Origin: Macrostomum hystrix | Taxonomy: Eukaryota > Animalia > Platyhelminthes | Direction: 5' to 3' | Length of the DNA: 64,000 bases | Assembly: GCA_950097015.1 (NCBI GenBank) | Contig: CATNEN010000024.1 | Span: forward strand, 4,774,001 to 4,838,000 | Part shown: one piece after another, positions 23,993 to 37,900 of the stretch | Position numbering within the stretch: position 1 is the first letter of the stretch | Layout of the letters: each line of letters opens with the position of its first letter | Translations under genes and position numbers: made by a program | Notes under the pieces: generated by a model | Seen by the model: only the letters and a program-made list of their open reading frames with translations | Told to the model about the DNA's origin: nothing | Database searches by the model: none

Positions 23993-26520
23993 CTAGCACA
24001 CTAAGCCCCCCTTTGGGGGGCACTACTGTTCAAACAAAAATATTGTGTAATGCAGAAGGACAAAATAAACCTGAAAGCAAACAAAAATGAAAACTCATGT
24101 CGTCAGTATTAATTTCCCTGATTGCAAATATACACTCGTATGTGATTGCGATTCAACGAAAATTTGAATTCTCACTAAATACAAAAATAGTCTGTCTGAG
24201 ACATTCAGTCTGTACACCAAGAGCCCCATCGGGGCAAAATTACACAAGTAACTTACGTTTGATACAACTCAGCTTAATGCTACTTAAGTACATGTGAAAA
24301 CTATCCCCTCAGCAGTAAAAAACCAGTGTCTCCCCAGCTGCAGAGAAGTAATTCCCCCCCCCCCCCAGCAGCACAGTGGTAATTCCCCCCAGCAGCAGAG
24401 CAGTAATTCCCCCCCCCAGCAGCAGAGCAGTAATTCCCCCCCCCAGCAGCAAAGCAGTAATTCCTCCCCAGCAGCAGAGCAGTAATCCCCCCCCCAGCAG
24501 CAGAGCAGTAATTCCCCCCCAGCAGCAGAGCAGTAATTCCCCCCAGCAGCAGAGCAGTAATTCCCCCCAGCAGCAGAGCAGTAATTCCCCCCCCCAGCAG
24601 CAAAGCAGTAATTCCCCCCCCCAGCAGCAGAGCAGTAATCCCCCCCCAGCAGCAGAGCAGTAATTCCCCCCCAGCAGCAGAGCAGTAATTCCCACCAGCA
24701 GCAAAGAATACTGGTAAACCCACTTAGAAAACTGTTAAACACTTTTAGAAAACTGGTAAACACATTTAGAAAACTGGTAAACACATTTAGAAAGCAGTTA
24801 ATCCACACTTAGAAAACTTTTAGACACATTTAGAGAACTATAAAACACATTTAGAATACCGAGACCCAGTTTTAGAAAATTGTTAAACACGTTTAGAATA
24901 CTGTAAAACAAATTAAGAATACTGGTAAACACATTTAGAAAACTGGTAAACACTTTTAGAATACTGGTAAACACATTTAGAAAACTGTTAATTAAAAACA
25001 TTTAGAATACTGGTAAACACATTTAGAATACTGTTAAAAACATTTAGAATACTGGTAAACACATTTAGAATACTGGTAAACACATTTAGAATACTGGTAA
25101 ACACTTTTAGAATACTGGTAAACACATTTAGAAAACTGTTAATTAAAAACATTTAGAATACTGGTAAACACATTTAGAAAACTGTTAAAAACATTTAGAA
25201 TACTGGTAAACACATTTAGAATACTGGTAAACACATTTAGAATACTGGTAAACACTTTTAGAATACTGGTAAACACATTTAGAATACTGGTAAACACATT
25301 TAGAGTACTGGTAAACACATTTAGAATACTGGTAAACACATTTAGAAAACTGGTAAACACATTTAGAATACTGGTAAACACTTTTAGAATACTGGTAAAC
25401 GCATTTAGAATACTGGTAAAAACATTTAGAATACTGGTAAACACTTTTAGAATACTGGTAAACACGTTTAGAATACTGGTAAACACATTTAGAATACGGG
25501 TAAACACATTTAGAATACTGGTAAACACATTTAGAATACTGGTAAACACTTTTAGAATACTGGTAAACACATTTAGAATACTGGTAAAAATATTTAGAAT
25601 ACTGGTAAACACTTTTAGAATACTGGTAAACACGTTTAGAATACTGTTAAAAACATTTAGAATACTGGTAAAAACATTTAGAATACTGATAAACACTTTT
25701 AGAATACTGGTAAACACATTTAGAAAACTGGTAAACACTTTTAGAATACTGGTAAACACATTTAAAAAACTGTTAATTAAAAACATTTAGAATACTGCTA
25801 AACACATTTAGAATACTGGTAAACACATTTAGAATACTGGTAAACACTTTTAGAATACTGGTAAACACATTTAGAATACTGGTAAAGACATTTAGAAAAC
25901 TGTTAAAAGCATTAAGAATACTGTTAAACACATTAAAAAACTGTTGGACACATTAAAAAACGGTTGGACATTTAAACAACTGTTGGACACTTTTCTCGAT
26001 TGAAATTTTGTTAAAGATTTGATGATTTATATGTTGTAGTAAGAAAGGAGTAGATGTCTCAATATATCGTTGAATTGAAGTCTGCTATGCACATTTTACC
26101 TATTCAAATCAAACACACACACACACACACGGGTGAGAAAAGCTGTGATGTAATCTATTTATAAATTCGTACTGACTGTCTCGTCAGTGGGGTTGACATA
26201 GCTATGTACATTTGACACAGTGAAATTCTTATTAGTATACTCACTATTAACAAAACTGGCCCTGATGCAATCATTAAAATTGGCAGTGGAATGCACGTTG
26301 ACAAAACTGGCTCTGATGAAATGCATTAAAAATCCTATCTAAAACAGTTTTTCGAATATTTAATCCCCTTAACAATGAAGTTAAGCTTATTAAAAATACG
26401 TGTAAAATTCTGCCCATATTTAGCATCTTTTGGTGAAGAAATGGTGAAAATCGGTTGAGCCGTTCGGGAGAAAATCAATTACAAGCAACCAACCAAGCAT
26501 TTCATTTTTAGTATATTAGA
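23993..26520 (-). mobile_element. Non-autonomous Helitron, copy 2 (2528 bp, head-to-tail with copy 1)
   Basis: Offset of exactly 2528 from copy 1; same TC start (26520), preceded by A on the - strand; hairpin 24005-24021 and CTAG 23993-23996. Confidence 0.85.
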
Positions 26521-27204
26521 TTGATCAAGGTGCCTACAGTTAGAAGCTTTTTAAACGATTGCAGACAAAGTGGCTATACCTATATATAGACGGTGAAGAT
26601 CCCAATCTTACATTTATTTCGCTCTTATAGGAAACAGGAAATGCCAAAAAAGTGGAATGATGATATTCACTGGATTCATTCACACTTGCAGCTTAGTTGT
26701 CCCCTATTGAGGCCCAATATGGTCAACCGCATGGGGAATTTTGAGAAGTGAACTCAAAGAACTCAAACAGCCGATATAGTAATGGATCTGCAAACAGGTC
26801 TTCATATTAAAAAAAAGAATTTCTAGCATAACAATGCTGTCGATTCAATACAGTTTTTATTTCTTGGAAAACTGACCAGTTTTTTTTCCTGATGTTTGTG
26901 CTCCAGTGTATATTGATCTTGTTTAGCTAAAATATCAATGCGGCTAATGTTTTTGTTACTACGGCAATGTTAATGATTTCAGGGTAAAATGTTGTCTTCT
27001 TTGTTCTTCAATGGCACACATTTTTTGGGATCTTCGAGCCTAAAGAATTTTGGCAGTTTAGGAAATTTAGAAAATAGAAACTCGGGTAGATATGGACCCA
27101 CAGTCCATGGACTGTACAGCTGTACACAGCCGCGAAATAGCTGCGGCTGTGCAACTGGTTGTACAAACTGGCCCAACTTCTTAAAACATAATTGAAATTG
27201 AGTC

Positions 27205-28160
27205 CCATCTCTCCCCAGTCTCGTCTCTTCCCAGTCTCGTCTCTCCCCAGTCTCGTCTCTCCCCAGTCTCGTCTCTCCCCAGTCTCGTCTCTCCCCAGTC
27301 TCGTCTCTCCCCAGTCTCGTCTCTCCCCAGTCTCGTCTCTCTCTTGTCCCACCTCTCCCCAGTCTCGTCTCTCCCCAGTCTCGTCTCTCCCCAGTCTCGT
27401 CTCTCCCCAGTCTCGTCTCTCCCCTGTCTTATCTCTTCCCTGTCTCGTCTCTCCCCAGTCTCGTCTCTCCCCTGTCTTATCTCTTCCCTGTCTCGTCTCT
27501 CCCCAGTCTCGTCTCTCCCCAGTCTCGTCTCTCCCCAGTCTCGTCTCTCCCCAGTCTCGTCTCTCCCCTGTCTTATCTCTTCCCTGTCTCGTCTCTCCCC
27601 AGTCTCGTCTCTCCCCTGGCTTATCTCTTCCCTGTCTCGTCTCTCCCCAGTCTCGTCTCTCCCCAGTCTCGTCTCTCCCCAGTCTCGTCTCTCCCCAGTC
27701 TCGTCTCTCCCCAGTCTCGTCTCTCCCCAGTCTCATCTCTCCCCAGTCTCGTCTCTCCCCAGTCTCGTCTCTCCCCAGTCTCGTCTCTCCCCAGTCTCGT
27801 CTCTCTCTTGTCCCACCTCTCCCCAGTCTCATCTCTCCCATGTCCCATCTCTCCCCAGTCTCGTCTCTCCCCAGTCTCGTCTCTCCCCAGTCTCGTCTCT
27901 CCCCAGTCTCGTCTCTCCCCAGCCTCGTCTCTCTCTTGTCCCACCTCTCCCCAGTCTCATCTCTCCCATGTCTTATCTCTTCCCTGTCTCGTCTCTCCCC
28001 AGTCTCGTCTCTCCACAGTCTCGTCTCTCCCCAGTCTCGTCTCTCCCCTGTCTTATCTCTTCCCTGTCTCGTCTCTCCCCAGTCTCGTCTCTCCACAGTC
28101 TCGTCTCTCCCCAGTCTCGTCTCTCTCTTGTCCCATCTCTCCCCTGTCTCATATCTCCCC
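27205..28160. repeat. Pyrimidine-rich minisatellite, 16-bp unit TCTCGTCTCTCCCCAG
   Basis: Direct periodicity. Confidence 0.96.
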
Positions 28161-29077
28161 TTTTAGCTCTCATCTTTAGCTTCCTACCATTGTGCGGCAG
28201 CAGCAGTCTGCGTGGCATTTGGAAAGTGTTTTATTAATAGTTAAAATTAGCATTTGAGACTCGGGTAGAAATCATACGCGGAGTAAATCTGCTGTTGGAA
28301 ATTAACAAAAACATACAAAAACAAAGCCCGTTTCGCATTATCGCAGTCGCATGAAATATTGTCACTGCTAGGCTAAATTTCAAGCAAAAATTTTGATTCT
28401 AAAAAAGTGGATACCATAATATTTTTATGTGGGGTATTTAACAATTCGGCCGAGCGCTGTCTAGGCGCCTCAATAACACTATTGGGTTCTGAAGCATGAC
28501 AGCTTGAACTAAAATGCTAAGCCAGCCGGAGCATGATGCGTGACGCCGCTGCTAAGTCGCTGACTTTTCTGTCTAAAAAAAGTCGAACCCTAAATTTTTT
28601 TGGTTCCAGAGCTGATCAACGAGTTGAGCTTTGACGATGACAACAGATTAAAAGCAAAAAGCAGTCACAAAACTGCACTATATGAACAAAAGTGGAGGTG
28701 TTTGCGAAGCTAGCTTTTTCTCTTCTAGATTTTTTCGACGGTATCTCAGACCCGACCACCAGGCACCCTCCCCTTACTCAAGCAAGCAGTTTGAGTATTT
28801 CTCTTTGTCTAAAGCCGCCGCTGGATTTGTAGATGAATAAAAAAACGGAATTATAAACAGCCTAGCTTTGATAATGCGATGCGGTAGTGCTTTTGCTGTG
28901 CGCAAGAGATGTCAGAAAAAACGAAGCGCGATTCGATGTGACAGGGCGGCTCTCTTTGTGTTTTTTAAGTCCTGACGACCCGCCGTTTTCTGTTTGATGA
29001 TGGGCAAAAATCCACTCTTTACACTGGCTGCCTTGCAATAATACGAACATTACCTGGATCAAGTAGTAGGTGTTGCA

Positions 29078-30140
29078 AACTACTACCTTTACCTGATAAT
29101 TAAATAATACCGCCCCCTCATGACAGAGCATGTCTCTATTCATATCACTCTGCATTTTATTCATGACAGAGCATGTCTCTATTCCTATCACTCTGCATTC
29201 CCTTCATGACAGAGCATGTATCTATTCCTATCACTCTGCATTCCCTTCATGACAGAGCATGTCTCTATTCCTATCACTCTGCATTCCCTTCATGACAGAG
29301 CATGTCTCTATTCCTATCACTCTGCATTCCCTTCATGACAGAGCATGTCTCTATTCCTATCAATCTGCATTTTATTCATGACAGAGCATGTCTCTATTCC
29401 TATCAATCTGCATTCCCTTCATGACAGAGCATGTCTCTATTCCTATCAATCTGCATTCCCTTCATGACAGAGCATGTCTCTATTCCTATCAATCTGCATT
29501 TTATTCATGACAGAGCATGTCTCTATTCCTATCACTCTGCATTCCCTTCATGACAGAGCATGTCTCTATTCCTATCAATCTGCATTTTATTCATGACAGA
29601 GCATGTCTCTATTCCTATCACTCTGCATTCCCTTCATGACAGAGCATGTCTCTATTCCTATCAATCTGCATTTTATTCATGACAGAGCATGTCTCTATTC
29701 CTATCACTCTGCATTCCCTTCATGACAGAGCATGTCTCTATTCCTATCAATCTGCATTTTATTCATGACAGAGCATGTCTCTATTCCTATCACTCTGCAT
29801 TCCCTTCATGACAGAGCATGTCTCTATTCCTATCACTCTGCATTCCCTTCATGACAGAGCATGTCTCTATTCCTATCACTCTGCATTCCCTTCATGACAG
29901 AGCATGTCTCTATTCCTATCAATCTGCATTTTATTCATGACAGAGCATGTCTCTATTCCTATCACTCTGCATTCCCTTCATGACAGAGCATGACTCTATT
30001 CCTATCAATCTGCATTTTATTCATGACAGAGCATGACTCTATTCCTATCAATCTGCATTCCCTTCATGACAGAGCATGTCTCTATTCCTATCAATCTGCA
30101 TTCTATTCATGACAGAGCATGTCTCTATTCCTATCACTCT
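29078..30140. repeat. Minisatellite, 43-bp unit CATGACAGAGCATGTCTCTATTCCTATCACTCTGCATTCCCTT
   Basis: Direct periodicity, ~24 copies. Confidence 0.97.
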
Positions 30141-30554
30141 TGTTTATTTTATGTAGTTCACAACATAAATAATTTCCCGGACTTTGAGACAGCAGTACGC
30201 AGCTCTAAAAATAGCTGTAGAAATTATAAGAGTCAGGAAATGGCCATCGGTTTCAGCACCATATAATGCTATTGATAAGCGCAGCAGTAAATCAATTAGT
30301 CTGCAGATTAATTGGCCGACTGCCAGAACAGACAGGACCATGCAATTCAAGGAGCAGCTGGCAAGTGTCCTTCGCCTATTCTCTAGTCTGGCTTAAGGAT
30401 TATGCTATTAAATAAAGTATTTTGTCGCATTAGTGATCATAAATTAACCAATAAACCTGTAGATTTATTAGGACTGCAGACTGCTCCGATATTTTATAGC
30501 ATACCGTTATTTAGATATACGAGCTACCATGCACAATGCTCAATCGATTGTAAA

Positions 30555-30700
30555 AACCCAACAGTTCTACTGTAAAACCTAACTCTTGTCTGTGTCTAAA
30601 AACCCAACAGTTCTACTGTAAAACCTAACTCTTGTCTGTGTCTAAAAACCCAACAGTTCTACTGTAAAACCTAACTCTTGTCTGTGTCTAAAAACCCAAC
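30555..30700. repeat. 46-bp unit x3 (AAAACCCAACAGTTCTACTGTAAAACCTAACTCTTGTCTGTGTCTA)
   Basis: Direct periodicity. Confidence 0.9.
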
Positions 30701-31419
30701 AAAAGTAACGAAAATGCTAAATAGGAAGCAGTTATAATGTTAGGATAATTAGTTACAACAGCAATAGCTTGTCTAATTAGCATAGCAAATTTAATATTTC
30801 ATTTTCAATCAACAGTATTCTACTCTAGGCTGTGGCAATAGATTATAAAATAGCAACTGAATCAAATGAGTTGAAGGAAAACACTATATATGATCAGCTA
30901 AACAAAAAAGGGTAGTACGGGTTATAAAGTACTTTCCGGGCTTTCAATTGTTAGTGCTGAATCGTCACAGGATTTAGAAAGAAAAAAAAACCAAAAGAAA
31001 TAGAGATTGACAGTTTTTGAAAATGAATAACAATGGAATTAACAACACTTTATACTCAACACAGTCATTAAGTGATAGATGGAAATATAAATCAATATAG
31101 ATAGAAGTGAACTCATGGGTGCATCAGGTGAGACTGTCAGTGCTTTAAGTAAGGTACGCTAATTAAGCCCTATTATAATTGTGTCTGCATATTATATAAT
31201 TCTATAGAAATAAGAAATAATATAATAACGGTAATCACCAGACTAACATAAAACATATATAGTGACAAGAAACAAAAAAGTACAAAATTATAATAAGAAT
31301 TTTCATTAGATAATTAACATTTTAGAGTTCAAAAAATTGAAAACAAATCACGTCTGGGTGCCAATGATTCAGTTAATATTGGTGGTCTTGCACTAAGCTT
31401 GCGCGTGTGCCATGTATGT

Positions 31420-31544
31420 TCAGCGCACTAGAGGCTCAGTCTTGAGCCGGAATAGGATACTGCGCATCCGGCTAACATCCTTCGTCTGCTTGCCAGTCTT
31501 CGGATTGAAGTCGCACAGTCGGGCCACGCGCTCCCACTCGCCGC
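31420..31544 (-). CDS. Clc: Clathrin light chain exon 3
   Basis: GEWERVARLCDFNPKTGKQTKDVSRMRSILFRLKTEPLVR then TGA. Confidence 0.96.
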
Positions 31545-34500
31545 CTGGGATTAAATAGAAAAAAATAAGGAAAAATTATACATTCCGAGATTCTGATCAA
31601 ACTACTGTTAGTAGGCATATTTGCGTTTATTAAAAAAATCACTTTTTGTTCTAAGATCATGCGACCAAATGCGAGAGGAGACAAGACAGGAGACACGGTA
31701 GTTGGTAGGACATGGCAAGACAAGACTGGTATAGAACAGAGAGGCAGAGCGGTCTAACGCGTTTGCCTCTCGCGCCAAGGTCCCAATGCTCGATTCCGCG
31801 GCGAAGCCACATTCAGTTATGGGCAGCCGCCGCGGAGAGAAGGCTTGGGGGCTTGTCGTGCAGTTTACGCCATTGATGGCCAACCTCCAAGGCACAGTGA
31901 GAGTGTACACTGCCTGACGATGAGAAAGTCAGGGCAGATGTACACACCTGAGTGAGCGTATGCCTGCGTACAGTATCTGTGTGCGTGTGTGCTCAGGAGT
32001 CAGCGGAATGGGCAGAATTGCCTCCTCGCTGGCTGCGGGTCTAGTGTCACCGAGTGATGTGGCCAAAAGCCCCCCCGCAATAGAAATAAAAGTAATTATT
32101 ATATTCACTACTTCCTATAGCAATGACCAAGAAAACAGAAAACTAACTTTGACAACAGAATGGAATCTAAATGGCAACGGAATAACCAAAAAGGTAATAA
32201 AAAGGATTCATACACGAGGTAACTTAGATAATAATTACTAAATGGTTTGAGACTAAAAATATAAAAAACGAAATAAATTATTTTTATTTAAAAATCTACA
32301 CTATAATATAGCACTAGTTATGACCAAAATGCACAAAATCAAAACACTAAAAAAACATTACTTGTAAATAAAATAACACGTAGTCGTAAGGGCAGGCTAG
32401 TCTAGAAAAAATGTTTTCTAAGCTTTTGCATGCCAAATTAGGTCTGGCGAATTTGTCCCTCTATGTGCCTCTAATCTACTTATATATAATTCATCGGTGT
32501 CTAAACATAGGTTATACGAGTATATACATAATTTTAATTAATTTAACAGACAAAATTTATTTTTCATGGCAAAGGTAAGATAACATTTGTATTAACTAAA
32601 CATATATTCGGACAACATTAGATCGGTACAGTGCAGCGTACCTGGCTCAGGATTGGCACCTGTGCGGCACAGATTATAGAATTAAATGAAGAGTGATAGC
32701 AATGTAATGACAATAAGAAAGAAATCTAACTAACTAGAAGTCAAGCCAGAGAAGTACTTTATGTAAAGTGCAGCTACAAGCCCATTATTGAGTAATCAAT
32801 TACGGACTAAGAGGCATGGACTGTAGAGGGATAATCGATTCTGGGTGAGTGATTAGGCAAGAAAAGAGGCTAGGGCTTGGGAAAATGACCAGGCAAGAGA
32901 CTAGGGCTTGGGAAAATGACCAGGCAAGAGACTAGGGCTTGGGAGAATGACCAGGCAAGAGACTAGGGCTTTGGATAATGACCAGGCAAGAGACTAGGGC
33001 TTGGGAAAATGACCAGGCAAGAGACTAGGGCTTGGGATAATGACCAGGCAAGAGACTAGGGCTTTGGGTAATGACCAGGCAAGAGACTAGGGCTTGGATT
33101 AACGACAATTTACCAACTGGCAGATTAAATTGGTATTATAAGCTGTCAAGAAATCAGTAATGGAAATCTATAATAGATTTTATTGTACAAGCAGTTAATA
33201 AACAGGACTTTCTAACTATCACTAATCTCCCTACCTGGCAGGGTCTCGTCACGCTCGCGGATGAAAGCCTCCTGAGTCTCCCGATTGCCGGCCTTATTCT
33301 TGGCCATCTGCTCCTCGTGATTCTTAGCCCAAGTCTCCAATTCGTGCTTGGCAGCTTCGCGCCATTCGCTAATAGCCCGAGCCTCGGCTTCGTCCTTCTC
33401 AGCTATCTTGGCTTCGAATTCGACGCGCCATTGGCGAATCCTCTCAGGTTCACCCTGCTCAGTGTCAACTGATCTGATGGCAGAGTAGGCATCCTGTGGA
33501 CCATTGTCTTCAGCGGCTCCCTGCTGGTCACCACCTGAGATTGTTGGGGAAGTGACAAGGAAGACTTCGGTTAGAGGTGAGATGGAAATGTACTTTTTAA
33601 ATTTCCTCTGCTAAAATGATTAGCTACAAAATGGAAAAAATGAAAAAGATAAAAAAACAATGCTATATTCTGATGATAAAAGAACAGAAATTTTATGTTA
33701 AGAAAATAAAGCCTACTATCAATAGAAAGAAGATAAAATTTACTTTACAACAAGTGTTTATATGCTAAATTTTTGCAAAAACAAAAAAGTTACACAGTGC
33801 CAAAATTTGTTACTTTTTTTAAGTATTTGCTGTGTGATCAAAATTTAGAAAAAAACTACCTTACATAGAACTTAAAAAATTTACTAATGCATTGATACTA
33901 AAAGAAACAAATTAAAAATGAAGAGGATATAAAAATATATATTAACAATTCTTTTTAGTAAAAGACATTTTTTTACTTTGCAAAATTTTTGGTTGACATT
34001 TTCTTTTTCTTTTTTTATCATTGTTTATAGTGTTTTCCAAGTGTATCCCATTAAAATTTTATGTAGAATTTTGTGTAGAATATGATATACTCAAACCTTT
34101 TTATTTTCCTTTAGTGGAATCTCCTGCAAACATGTTTCTCAAATGTACCCCCTTTACGCATTTCAGATGGCTTTTGCAATTGGCTGTAAATAGTAAACTG
34201 ATGTCTATGTGATGTATATTTGTTATATACATGGAATAGGAATGGCTTTGCCACTTCTTTAAAGCCAAAAGAGTTTTATTTTGTAAACAAATAGACACGT
34301 CTTGTCAGCATAGTAATTCTATTCAATGTAAAATTGAAATTTAAAAACTTTAATACTGAGTGTTAATAGAAGAGATATATTTTATAGCGTAGATAATAAA
34401 AAATTAACTATATGCTCTTGGAATTTTTTAAATCCATAAAAAATAAATTTGTTATTGCAATTTTTTTTGTTTTCAAAGTCAAATCTATCCAGTCATCTGG

Positions 34501-34988
34501 ATTACAGCCCCTTATGGGAAAAATACATTACAAAAACAACTAAAATGTTGATCAAAAATTGTTATAACTTTTTTATTACTTGACCAATTTTGATGAGTGA
34601 GGTGTCTATTAACTCAGACAAGCAAGATTTGTAACACAAGAAAACCAAAAATATGGAATTTTTAATTTTTAATTTCTCATTGGAGCCCCTAGCTACAATG
34701 ACAATGTCTATGTGATGTAGCACATTCTATTTTTTGTATTTTATGATTACGTTGGTTTGGCTTAGAAAGTTTGCTATGTAGCCAGCAAAAAAACTGTGCA
34801 AAAAGCGTAAAATTGTAGAAAAATAACATACCACCAATACCATTCCAATCTTCGCCAACGAAGTCATCATTTTGATTGTGGTTTTGCTCTTCTTGATTTT
34901 GAACCTGGCCAGAAACAAAGTCATCACCAAGCTCGTTTATATGTTCCTGTTCACGACTCAGGAAGTCTGACAATGGATCTTCAGACAT
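31420..34988 (-). CDS. Clc: Clathrin light chain, 3 coding exons, 193 aa
   Basis: Exons 34988-34832, 33534-33235 and 31544-31420 (157+300+125=582 nt), all GT-AG, phase 1/1; family motifs DPLSDFLSREQ, EPERIRQWR, W..AAK.ELE.W, N+.GNR..QEAF and EWERVARLCDFNPK..K.TKDVSRMRSIL. Confidence 0.95.
31736..31929 (+). mobile_element. tRNA-derived SINE, family B, in Clc intron 2
   Basis: A-box-like GGCAGAGCGG and B-box-like GCTCGATTCC; aligns along its length to the - strand copy at 55256-55450; both end in AGAAAGT. Confidence 0.7.
32868..33100. repeat. Minisatellite, 31-bp unit GACCAGGCAAGAGACTAGGGCTTGGGAAAAT (Clc intron 2)
   Basis: Direct periodicity, ~7 copies. Confidence 0.93.
33235..33534 (-). CDS. 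Clc: Clathrin light chain exon 2 (heavy-chain-binding helix)
   Basis: DAYSAIRSVD..EPERIRQWR..WREAAKHELETW; CAG acceptor, GTAGGG donor. Confidence 0.95.
34832..34988 (-). CDS. Clc: Clathrin light chain exon 1
   Basis: ATG at 34988; MSEDPLSDFLSREQEHINELGDDF; GTATGT donor at 34831. Confidence 0.88.
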
Positions 34989-37900
34989 AGCGTCGACAAA
35001 AATATTGCCTTAAAGTAAATAGTAAAAAATGTAAAGATTACAAAACAATCTGTGCTGTGAAAAAGTGTGAAAAATCTAATGCTTCGTCACGGAAGAAAAC
35101 AAGAATAATTAGTTTTTAAAGTAAATAAAAAATACTACAAATAACTATAAATCTTTATAAAACTTTTAAACTATATCAACAGAGTTCTAGTAAAATTTTA
35201 CAAGGTTTTTTTTCTGTTTGAGAAGACAAATATTTGTACTTTGTTATACGTATTAGGAAGCGATAGTTTTAAATCCACTAACGGAAATATTTTTTCTTGG
35301 AATGTACGTCCTCCTAGCAAACGTGGACTTCGATAAGTGAACACATATACTTTAAGTTTGCTGTAACTCTTTCACAAATATAGGATTTTAGCCAACTTAT
35401 TTTTAATTTTCGTGTTAACTGTTTTAATTTTTTTTCCTGGTTGCAAGAGTCTTCTATTTTTTTAATTAATAGGACTATTTTAACGCTAACAACAAAATCA
35501 ACATAATTTTTTGCTAGCCTACATTGACGATCATATTGCACACATAAAACTGTATTTGATACTGTGATACAGTTTAAAAATCGTAGCGACTTAATGCCTA
35601 ATATCATATTTAAAGCTTTTTATAGTGGCACTTGTTGCAGAGTAACAATAACTTCTTTAAATCAAAAAATATATTTTTAATTGTTTTCTAAATAATTGAT
35701 AATTCTTGAATTTTTTAATTTTAGTAAAATAATTTTTCTAATAATAAAAATTAAGCTGAATTGAGTTATCTCAATAATTTAGGATTATTTAAATGTATTA
35801 CTCTATAAATTGAAACATACATGATACATGAGACATAAAATTTGATTCTATTTATATATGTGTCAGTATGGATAATGTTTATATGAACAAATATAGTAAT
35901 TATTACTAAGTTGATTTTTCAGTTTTATTGGTGATAAAATTATCAATGGCAATAGCACAAAAATAAACATTTTAAGTCAATTTAGAATTCAGAAGTATCA
36001 AAAGTAATTCAGGTATAAATTTAAGTAAAAAGTATAATTTCTATAAAAAAGAAAATGTTGAAGAAACTGGTAAAACTCTACATTTAGACAGCTTGGATAC
36101 TAAGCAGCAAATTAGGAATATATAAATATAATCTAAAAAACTATCTAGAAAAGTTACACTAATAATTACTTACTAAGGCTTTCATATATAACATTGGTTA
36201 TATGAGTTTCATTACAAGGATCAGAATTTAAACTAGATCTTGAATTAAAAAATGTAAGGGCAGGCCATCAGATCTCAAATTTTTAACCTAGAGCTGAGTA
36301 AAATTGATATCCTCTTTTAATTCTTGTACTTTCTATAGACAACTTGTCTCTAAAGCACAAATGACTTATTATCCCTGCAGGCCTTCCTGTGTGCCAGTCT
36401 CTTGGTATAATTATATGCACAATTAAAATAGTGACCAGGATTTTATCATAAACTCAAAGAAAAGTTAAGAAGTGACCTATATTGGGTTTGACCTATATTG
36501 AGCAAATAAGGGTTTTCGCGGACAGAGTATGGTGCACTTGTAAAAAATTGGCAGCACAGAAAGAAATTTCTGTCCTCACAGCTGCGCCTTGTGTGCATAA
36601 AGTTGTCGTAAGTATGTAGATGTATAACAAACAGTGCGCCCTTGTGCCCCTACACTAATGTCTTGTGTTCTTTATAAATTTATATTTTGTAATACATTTA
36701 CATGTACAAGTACATGTAGATGCAATGCTAGTAGTGAATGCCAGTGCCTCTGTACTTGCACCTTGTGCGTTTAAATGTATGTACATTATGACAAATTATA
36801 AAATACATTTTAATTTACATGTAGGTACACTTGGTATAGCAGTGTGACATCCATGCTATTGTGCACTTAGGTATGTATTTACATATTAAAATAAACTTAG
36901 ATGTACATTTAGGTGCGATTCTAGACAGGCACAGTTACAGAAATTTTTTGATCGAGGGGTACACATTTATTCACAAACATGGCTATATGCTCCTCAGTGC
37001 CCGAGTGTGAAAATACATAAGCTTAGCTGTTCTATTTTTAGAAATATACTACAGAGATGAAAAAAGGTCTTTCAACAAATTTTCTTGAAATCAATCACCA
37101 CGTTGAGTCAGACTGGAGATATTTAAATGGAAGATGCAATATTGAAGATATATAGCAATTGAGCATTTGTGCCTTTTTTCTTGAAACCAACTGCGCACCT
37201 GCGTGCCTAGCAGGAGTGTCTGCAGCTTTTTTAAATTTGCTCTATTAGGGAGAAGTGACCAACTCCTTAAGGCTCCCAATTGGTTAGTTGCACCTATAAT
37301 GGACCTAGACCATTGGACCTATTACAATCAGTTTCTACAAGCCTATTTGACAAATTGACCAGCACCTGAAACAAATGGGGTCTATGCCAATGGCATCTTA
37401 CCTGCTCAAGGAAATCTATTATTTGCTAAAACTGTTCTTCCTCTGTCTCTGGGATCAAAGTTTACCTGTATACTTGCATGCTTGGCAGGGTGTCCACATT
37501 GTGTCCAACTGTATAGCTAGCAAACAGAACCAATGAAATAGTAACAAAAATCGAAAGTAAAGAGGGAAACTGGTAGCTTTTTAAGAAAAAAAATAGTATG
37601 CATTATACTTATAAAAATAGAAAATACTGTAAAAACATAGACTCAAATATATCTCATATAGACTCATATATCTCAAATATATGTATGTTTTCTTTTGTTT
37701 TTAGTTTTTAGAGTAAAAAAGGCTAATGGATGATCTGGTAGTGGTACCAATGCATATTGTTATTATTTAATGTACAATGTACAATTGTATAATGTACAAT
37801 TAATTATATCAAAATATATTTGAATGGCTGTAGGAAACTGATATAAAAACTGCTGAATAAAATTTAAAGGCTACACAATAGATTATAATGACTAATTATT

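Noticed and set aside
21569-25786. Helitron-encoded proteins
   Set aside because: ORFs come from the internal repeats or are short; no HUH Rep or helicase motifs
21465-26520. Ordinary segmental duplication or LTR pair
   Set aside because: Unit boundaries coincide exactly with TC and hairpin-CTAG termini; no TG..CA ends, PBS or target duplication. An assembly artefact is not fully excluded
27008-28237. 324-362 aa repeat ORFs, and similar ones at 45205-46729 and 56670-57668
   Set aside because: Low-complexity translations of pyrimidine-rich arrays
36905-37295. Possible MITE bounded by TAGGTGC / GCACCTA
   Set aside because: The inverted match is only about 7 bp and there is no second copy in the window
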